Below the pieces are notes generated by a model. It had not been told where the DNA came from, did not search any database, and saw only the letters and a program-made list of their open reading frames with translations. Below, piece by piece: positions 6,379-12,275 of a stretch of DNA of 12,275 bases (position 1 is the stretch's first letter; each line of letters starts with the position of its first letter). The stretch is from Candidatus Baldrarchaeum yapensis (GTDB lineage Archaea; Asgardarchaeota; Baldrarchaeia; Baldrarchaeales; Baldrarchaeaceae), in contig JAEOSH010000058.1 of NCBI GenBank assembly GCA_016840465.1, positions 1 through 12,275 of the forward strand, in the 5' to 3' direction. A program made the translations under genes and the position numbers.

Positions 6379-6391
6379 AAGAAAGTTAAAA
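6370..6391. repeat. 11-bp tandem duplication GAAAGTTAAAA x2 spanning the stop codon
   Basis: Copies at 6370-6380 and 6381-6391. Confidence 0.8.
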
Positions 6392-6399
6392 GGTCGATA

Positions 6400-6412
6400 T
6401 TTTTTTCTTTTT
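6400..6412 (+). terminator. Oligo-T terminator after the membrane protein gene
   Basis: TTTTTTTCTTTTT about 22 nt after the stop; typical of archaeal intrinsic terminators. Confidence 0.55.
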
Positions 6413-6988
6413 CATTATTTAGTGCTTCTAGAGCCCATTAAAAAGGCTGTTTTTGCCAAGCTTTACACCTCGATCTCATCATTGTGCGCACGAAGATGCC
6501 GGCTAATGCCTCAGGTTTCAGCATACGCTCCATGTTATGTGCTGTTGTCCGAAAATGATAAAAAATAATCTCGGATCCTTGTATGCATCTTCCAGCCCCG
6601 CTCGAGGACAAATGCTTTTTGTTTCCTGTTCTTCTTTTGCGGTATCTCCAGGCCGAGAAACTCTCAGCCACTCGACGGAGAATAAAGCACGAAAACATGC
6701 ACGATCAGCATTGACATTTCCCCTCTTGTCGGTTGGTTGGCAGTGTTACAATGCCCGGTTGTGCCTTTTACCTTCTGTTGCTTGTCATGAGTAATCGTCA
6801 TGTTGACGACAACTTTTTATGGGCCTCCTCACGAGAACAGGCCCTCATTATGATCCAGTAATTTCTGTTAGGATTCTCCACTGGCGCCATCTCTTCCACT
6901 GTGAGGCTCCAAACTCTAGGAAGTTCTCCTTCTCGCGAAAATTATCTTTTCATCCATAGCTTTTATCCTGATAGTTAAAGAGTTGCTT

Positions 6989-8170
6989 TTAGTATCCATA
7001 TTTTGCCAGTACATGCTGGGTCGCGGTTACTCCATCTCCTATTCTTATTTCACTACCAAGTTTATGCAGCGTCCTCTCGATGGCAGCAACTATTGCGATT
7101 ATGTCGTTTGCATTAATGGGACCCATATGTCCCACCCTGAAGTACTTATCTCTGATCTGCGGGTAGAGTCCCCCCGCAACGACAACGTTCCTCTCCAGCA
7201 TCCCCCTGAGAAAGTCGGCAAGTTTTATGTTTTCCGGTAGATAGACCGCAGTTACCGTGGACGCTGCAACTTCCTCCCTTTTTGCCATTACCTCCAGATC
7301 GATTTCCCTCATTGCGGTTCTGAAGGCCTCAGAAAATACCTTATGCCGTTTGAACACGCTCTCGAGACCTTCCTCCATTATCAACTCTAGGCTTTCATAC
7401 AATCCGACTATCAGGTTCACGGGAGGTGTTGCGAAGTACTTCGGCGCGAGGCCTTCGTAGGATTCCATGATTTCGAGCCACCTCTGCAGGTCCATGTAGT
7501 AGGGGGCATACTTGCACCTCGTTTTGGAGAGCCTTTCGAGAGCCCTTGGGGAGAGCCAGATAATGGCGAGACCCGGAGGCACTCCTATGGCCTTCTGACT
7601 GCCCGTCAGGACAACATCTATGTTCCAGTCCTTCATCCGTATCTCCTCGCCGGCCACACTACAGACGCCGTCGACAATCAGCAGTGTTTCCTTGTCCCTC
7701 ACGCTGGATGCCAGCTCCTCTACTGGTTGTCTCACGCCGGTGCTCGTGTCCACGTGAGTCACAGTCACGAGACTGTAGTTTTCGCTTTCCAGTCTTCTAA
7801 CTATGTCCTCGGTGGGCACAACCTCCCCCGGGCCCGCCGCTTTGATCATGTCCACCTCGACCGGGTACTTGGACAGAATCTCCGCAAACCTGTCTCCAAA
7901 GACCCCGTTTGAGACCACCAGCACCCTATCCCCCTTCTCAATGAGATTCGCAACCGCGGCCTCCATGGCAAGAGTTCCTGATCCGGAAATGACGGCAACC
8001 TTGTAGTTTTCGTCCACGAAAAGCAGTTTCCGGAGATTTTTGAGCGCTGTTGCAAATAGCTCGACGAACTCGCTTGACGTATGACCCAGATGTCCCACGG
8101 CCAGACTTCTCAGCACCCGCGGGTCGAACATTATTGGTCCCGGGATTGCTAGAATCCTCCTCTCGCCCAT
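6989..8170 (-). CDS. Class V PLP-dependent aminotransferase (alanine-glyoxylate / serine-pyruvate family), 393 aa
   Basis: IPGP, GSGTLAMEAA, SNGVFG, THVDTSTGV, VDGVCS, TGSQKAIGVPPG (PLP lysine), FATPP and FRVGHMG. Start ATG 8170 with GGGTGG upstream; the ORF-track extension to 8233 is promoter DNA. Confidence 0.95.
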   Translation of the reverse strand: MGERRILAIPGPIMFDPRVLRSLAVGHLGHTSSEFVELFATALKNLRKLLFVDENYKVAVISGSGTLAMEAAVANLIEKGDRVLVVSNGVFGDRFAEILSKYPVEVDMIKAAGPGEVVPTEDIVRRLESENYSLVTVTHVDTSTGVRQPVEELASSVRDKETLLIVDGVCSVAGEEIRMKDWNIDVVLTGSQKAIGVPPGLAIIWLSPRALERLSKTRCKYAPYYMDLQRWLEIMESYEGLAPKYFATPPVNLIVGLYESLELIMEEGLESVFKRHKVFSEAFRTAMREIDLEVMAKREEVAASTVTAVYLPENIKLADFLRGMLERNVVVAGGLYPQIRDKYFRVGHMGPINANDIIAIVAAIERTLHKLGSEIRIGDGVTATQHVLAKYGY

Positions 8171-8433
8171 TCGGGCCACCCATTTAGAATTAGTATTGGC
8201 GGTAAAAATTGTTTTTTGAAAGAGAATAAACAATTAGCCATGCCGGATCGAAATCGACGCACGGCCGCACATATCAGGGTTTCTTCCGCAAAATTGTCTC
8301 TTGAATATAAGATTAAGTATGCATCGTGCCGATCAAGGCTCCGGAGGATTCTCTTTCAAGATACCCTATTAGAACGTGAGGATCATCGAGGAGAGAAGTG
8401 TAGAGGCCCCAGAGTAATGGTATGAGCAAGGAC

Positions 8434-8441
8434 TTTAAATA
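8434..8441 (+). promoter_or_regulatory. TATA box for the coiled-coil gene
   Basis: TTTAAATA about 33 nt upstream of ATG 8474; GGTGA RBS at 8465-8469. Confidence 0.6.
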
Positions 8442-8473
8442 CCGTTTTTGGAGAACTCTTAAATGGTGATTTG

Positions 8474-9406
8474 ATGGCGAGCACCGAGGAATTGAAGAGC
8501 GCGTTTCTAGAACTCCTGGAGAAGGACAAGGAGTTCCGGTACGCGGTGGCCGCGCGGATAGGGCTACTGGAGATACTGAAGCGCCTCGACGGGATAGAGG
8601 AGGAACAAAAGAAGGTCTGGGAGGAAATCCGGGGGCTTCGGGAGGAGCAGACGAGAACTTGGGAGGAGATTCGGAAGGTATGGCAGGAGATTGAAAAGCT
8701 GCGCGAGGGCCAGAATAAAATATGGGAGGAAATAAGAAGAATATGGGAGGAGATACAGAAACTGCGCGAGGAGCAGACGAAGATATGGCAGGAGATCCGG
8801 AAAATATGGCAAGAAATTGAGAAGTTGAGGAGAGAGGTTACGAAAATCTGGGAGGAGATAGAGAGGTTACGGGAGGGGCAGAACAGGATCTGGGAGGAGA
8901 TAAGGAAGATATGGGAGGAGATACGGAGGTTACGAGAGGAACAGACCAAAATATGGCAGGAAATAAGAAGCATGCGTGAATCCTTCGAGAGGAGGTTTGA
9001 GCGCATAGAGATGAGGCTTAACAGGGTTGAGAGAACGTTGGAAAAACTCACGCTCGAGATAGAGGAGGAGGCGCGGGAGGTCGTGGAATATCGCCTGAGA
9101 AAGATGGGAATAAGAGTCGAATTGAAACCCCTGAGCCTCCCCGATATGGAGATAAACCTCTACGGCGCGACCGAGAAGATTTGCGTGATCGGAGAGGCGA
9201 AGGTGAGGGCGGGCGCGAGCGCCGTCCAAGAACTGCTGGGGAAGTTCGAGAGGATGAAGAAAATGTATCCGGGGTTCCTTAGAGAGAAAGTGATGCTGGT
9301 TCTATATGTGACGACCGCAACCCCCGATGTCGTGGAGGAGGGTAAGAAGAGGAAAGTGTGGATTCTTAAGGCGACGGAAGACCTCACCCCGCCGCCCGCA
9401 ATCTGA
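8474..9406 (+). CDS. Archaeal coiled-coil heptad-repeat protein with a C-terminal PD-(D/E)XK-like domain (COG5493/paREP-like, tentative), 310 aa
   Basis: N-terminus LKSAFLELLEKDKEFRYAVAARIGLLEILKRLD, then 17 tandem heptads, then C-terminal EINLYG...GEAKVR. Confidence 0.88.
   Translation: MASTEELKSAFLELLEKDKEFRYAVAARIGLLEILKRLDGIEEEQKKVWEEIRGLREEQTRTWEEIRKVWQEIEKLREGQNKIWEEIRRIWEEIQKLREEQTKIWQEIRKIWQEIEKLRREVTKIWEEIERLREGQNRIWEEIRKIWEEIRRLREEQTKIWQEIRSMRESFERRFERIEMRLNRVERTLEKLTLEIEEEAREVVEYRLRKMGIRVELKPLSLPDMEINLYGATEKICVIGEAKVRAGASAVQELLGKFERMKKMYPGFLREKVMLVLYVTTATPDVVEEGKKRKVWILKATEDLTPPPAI
8615..8971 (+). repeat. Intragenic array of 17 x 21-nt heptad units of two types (IWxEIxK and LREEQTK)
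   Basis: Order W-L-WW-L-WW-L-WW-L-W-L-WW-L-W: 11 Trp heptads and 6 Leu/Gln heptads. Confidence 0.92.
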
Positions 9407-9577
9407 TAATCCCCCGGCCACGATTTGTCTCCCGGTCACGACAACTTCATGATCTGACAGGTATCCGCATTTCCACTTAAGCCTCAGGGGGTACTAGGAG
9501 AGTAAGAATAGGAGTTATATTTCTCGTTCTTCCATCCTTTACACGGCGTAAACACCCATACTTGCCGGGTGTGAGCA

Positions 9578-10291
9578 ATGGCGATTGCGATCGTGCCCAT
9601 TAGAGAAACGCTGAACGTCGGGGAGGATGTGATACTCAGGTTTCATCCGGAGCTGAACCCGCTGCTGGAGAGTATTAAGAGGAGGGGATGGAGGTACCGT
9701 TTCATCGACGTAACGGGCTCCGCCAGGGTGTTGCTCTACCTCCACAGGGTATTCTTCAAACTTAACTACTATCCACCTAGGATAGAGAGGTTCGAGGAGA
9801 GGGGAACCTACACCATCGAGACGGAGGTCGGGGAGAACCCGCCCGCCGTGCTCAATGTGGAAAGTATCGACAGTTTCAAAATATCGATATCCACGGAGCA
9901 CGTTTGCGGATGTGTGACGATAGACCCACTTAGGAGGATCATTACACACATCGCAGACGTTCTATGGTCGGGGATGAAAGAAGACCTATCAGAAAAACTC
10001 GTCAAGGCTAAGGAAGTACATGAGGTCGTCCAGTTTCTCCTAGATATGGGTTACGCGCTGGAGGACGCGTGCACAATGGAACGTTATAAGAAAATAGTCG
10101 ACCTGCTCGAAGGAGGGTACAAGTTCTCACTCACCATAGAATTGACGGTAGAAAGAGAGGAGGATGTCCCAAGCTGGGAGGAGTTAAAGAGAGATCTTTC
10201 GAGGTTCTTCCGTGAGAGGGGGCTGCTGATGGAAATAAAGAAGGAGCCGAGAAAGGGCATTCTACCTATTTTCAGGAAGCCCATCCCTTGA
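9578..10291 (+). CDS. Hypothetical protein, 237 aa
   Basis: Long ORF with normal coding bias and GGGTGTGA upstream of the ATG; no motif recognised. Confidence 0.85.
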   Translation: MAIAIVPIRETLNVGEDVILRFHPELNPLLESIKRRGWRYRFIDVTGSARVLLYLHRVFFKLNYYPPRIERFEERGTYTIETEVGENPPAVLNVESIDSFKISISTEHVCGCVTIDPLRRIITHIADVLWSGMKEDLSEKLVKAKEVHEVVQFLLDMGYALEDACTMERYKKIVDLLEGGYKFSLTIELTVEREEDVPSWEELKRDLSRFFRERGLLMEIKKEPRKGILPIFRKPIP

Positions 10292-10381
10292 TGCGGATCA
10301 ATCATGATGACCGAGTATAAAATGTAAACGGCAACCTAAAAAATAAATGTAGCTCCACAGATACAGATATATCGGAGCGCG

Positions 10382-10825
10382 GTGGCGGTGCCCCTCTTCG
10401 TACTCTACCCGGCAAAGCCGGAAGTTTTTAAGAAGCTTATTGAAACCCTAGGGGAGCCCAGTTGGGTCGAGGTTTTGATCTCCGTAGAGAAAGAGGAGAT
10501 GAGGCGTATTGCAGGCTTAGATATTGGCAAAGTCGGTCGCGTCACCGTGGAATGCAACCTTAAAGTATCGATTGATGAGGCCCTAGCCCTCTATAATGAG
10601 TACTATGAGTGCTACATCTCGAGGGGGGAGGCAAAGGGGCCGGGAGGAAGAATAATACAGCGGTTCAAAGCCATGTGGACCGGTGAAGGATACTCCGCGG
10701 AGTTCGACGGCTTTGAACTGCGCATGCATACTACTAGGAACGTTGAGAAGGCTGTGAGTCTTTTGCATGTATTTAACGAGAAAATCGTTGAGATGAAGGT
10801 GGAATTGAGTGAAAGGGCGAGGTGA
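10382..10825 (+). CDS. Hypothetical protein, 147 aa
   Basis: GTG start after a GGAG-like sequence (GTG 10388 is an alternative); normal coding bias; no motif recognised. Confidence 0.8.
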   Translation: MAVPLFVLYPAKPEVFKKLIETLGEPSWVEVLISVEKEEMRRIAGLDIGKVGRVTVECNLKVSIDEALALYNEYYECYISRGEAKGPGGRIIQRFKAMWTGEGYSAEFDGFELRMHTTRNVEKAVSLLHVFNEKIVEMKVELSERAR

Positions 10826-11091
10826 GAGGACTCTCTAAAGCCATCTGATGAACATCTAAAATTCGAATCATTGTTCCTTCTTCAAGGACTTTATGGAGCG
10901 AACATCCGTTCATTTCGTATAAATGCGGCGAGTTGCGAAATCGCACCGGCTTCAGATGTTAAAAGTCGTGAATGAAAGCCGCGCGAGGCGCGCTGATTGG
11001 AAATATACGATTCTGACAAAAGCCGCGCGGCCACAACCCATTCGCTTATCAGTACCTGCGATCTAGAAAGTAAAAAGCACCCGGGGATAAC

Positions 11092-12275
11092 ATGCCGGAC
11101 GAAAAGATACATTCGAAAGATGAATTGCTGGAAAGGGCGAGACGGGCGGGAAAACTCGCCCTGAGGTATGTCTCATTCTATCACGGGAAAATAGAAATAA
11201 TTCCGAGGTGCGCAATAAGAGGACTGTACGACTTTGCCATCTGGTACACCCCAGGGGTGGCCGAGAACTGCAAGGTAATCCAGGAAGATCCGGACGCTTC
11301 TTTTGAACATACATATCGTTGGAATGCCGTTGCGGTGGTCAGCGATTCCTCCAGAGTGCTGGGGCTCGGGGACCTCAGACCCGAGGCGGGATTACCAGTC
11401 ATGGAGGGCAAGGCCCTACTCTTCAAATATCTTGGCGGGGTTGACGCGGTGCCGATATGCCTAGCAACGAAGAACCCCGATGAGATAGTTACCGCGTGCA
11501 AGTGGCTCGAGCCCTCCTTCGGTGGTATTAATCTGGAGGACATCGCGAGCCCAAAGTGCTTTTACATACTCGATCGGTTACGAGAAGAGTTGCAAATTCC
11601 AGTGTGGCACGACGATCAACAGGGAACCGCAACGGTAGTGCTTGCAGGCGTCATAAATGCTCTAAAGATCATCGGCAAGAAGTTAGGAGAGGTAAAAATA
11701 ACGTTTGTGGGCGCGGGCGCTGCAAATATACCAACAATACGCATACTGGCAGCCGCCGGCATGAATCTCAAGAATGCTATTGTAGTCGACAGCAGGGGTA
11801 TTTTGCACCCGGGAAGGAAGGATATAGAGCAACGTAAGGAGGAAAATCCGTACAAATGGGAGCTATGTTTAAAAACAAATGCCGAGGGGAAGACCGGGGG
11901 AATAGCCGAGGCGTTAGAGGGTGCAGACGTCTGTATTGCGGCGTCCGCGCCGGGACCCGGGATCATAAAGAAGGAGTGGGTGGCGAAAATGGCAGATGAT
12001 GCCATAGTTTTCGCGCTCGCAAACCCCATACCTGAAATTTGGCCGTGGGAGGCAAAGGAGGCGGGGGCGAAAATCGTCGCCACTGGAAGATCCGACTTCT
12101 CAAACCAGGTCAATAACTCCCTTGGATTTCCCGGAATATTCAGAGGCGCCCTTGATGTGCGTGCCAAGACGATAACTGATGAAATGTGCATTGCGGCCGC
12201 GGAGGCCATTGCTAAGGTTGCGGAGGAAAAGGGTCTAAGGGAGGACTATATACTGCCGACGATGGAAGACTGGGA
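11092..12275 (+). CDS. mae: NAD(P)-dependent malic enzyme, 3'-truncated by the window edge (missing from the ORF track)
   Basis: Manual translation from ATG 11092: MPDEKIHS...FYHGKIE...WYTPGVA...VSDSSRVLGLG...PVMEGKALLFKYLGGVDA...FGGINLEDI...WHDDQQGTA...GAGAA...ALANP...ATGRSDFSNQVNNSLGFPGIFRGALDVRA; open to 12275. Confidence 0.96.
   Translation, partial: MPDEKIHSKDELLERARRAGKLALRYVSFYHGKIEIIPRCAIRGLYDFAIWYTPGVAENCKVIQEDPDASFEHTYRWNAVAVVSDSSRVLGLGDLRPEAGLPVMEGKALLFKYLGGVDAVPICLATKNPDEIVTACKWLEPSFGGINLEDIASPKCFYILDRLREELQIPVWHDDQQGTATVVLAGVINALKIIGKKLGEVKITFVGAGAANIPTIRILAAAGMNLKNAIVVDSRGILHPGRKDIEQRKEENPYKWELCLKTNAEGKTGGIAEALEGADVCIAASAPGPGIIKKEWVAKMADDAIVFALANPIPEIWPWEAKEAGAKIVATGRSDFSNQVNNSLGFPGIFRGALDVRAKTITDEMCIAAAEAIAKVAEEKGLREDYILPTMEDW

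Noticed and set aside
6368-6794. ORFs 6368-6568, 6438-6698 and 6537-6794
   Set aside because: Mutually overlapping, with no RBS, coding bias or motifs.
8171-8233. N-terminal extension of the aminotransferase ORF
   Set aside because: AT-rich promoter-like DNA; family homology begins after Met 8170.
8383-9051. 222-aa minus-strand ORF (also 8564-8812 and 8930-9229)
   Set aside because: Antisense shadow of the heptad-repeat gene; its I-S-S/C-H/Q periodicity simply mirrors the sense codons.
10304-10310. Perfect C box ATGATGA
   Set aside because: No CTGA D box within a plausible distance downstream.
11181-12209. Minus-strand ORFs 11181-11543 and 11616-12209, and + ORF 11556-11837
   Set aside because: They overlap the clearly recognisable malic enzyme frame.

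Overview
Archaeal genomic window, judged from GGTGA/GGAGG ribosome-binding sites, TTTA(T/A)A-type TATA boxes, oligo-T terminators and archaeal gene families; the exact lineage cannot be fixed from sequence alone. The left part (1 to ~5800) is a G-skewed accessory block. It contains the 3' part of a beta-CASP metallo-beta-lactamase nuclease, a DHH/DHHA1 phosphoesterase with two small helical partner ORFs, an HhH-motif protein, a VapBC toxin-antitoxin pair, and several decayed genes that the ORF track hides. The decayed genes are a possible Mrr-like remnant, two divergent broken copies of one unknown gene flanking vapBC, and an inverted, direct-repeat-flanked 3' fragment of a coiled-coil/PD-(D/E)XK-like gene. 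The right part holds a membrane protein, a class V PLP aminotransferase (minus strand), an intact Trp-heptad coiled-coil/PD-(D/E)XK-like gene, two hypothetical genes and an NAD(P)-dependent malic enzyme that runs off the right edge and is absent from the ORF track. No CRISPR array, rRNA, tRNA, integrase or transposase was recognised. All family calls come from motif reading, not database searches.
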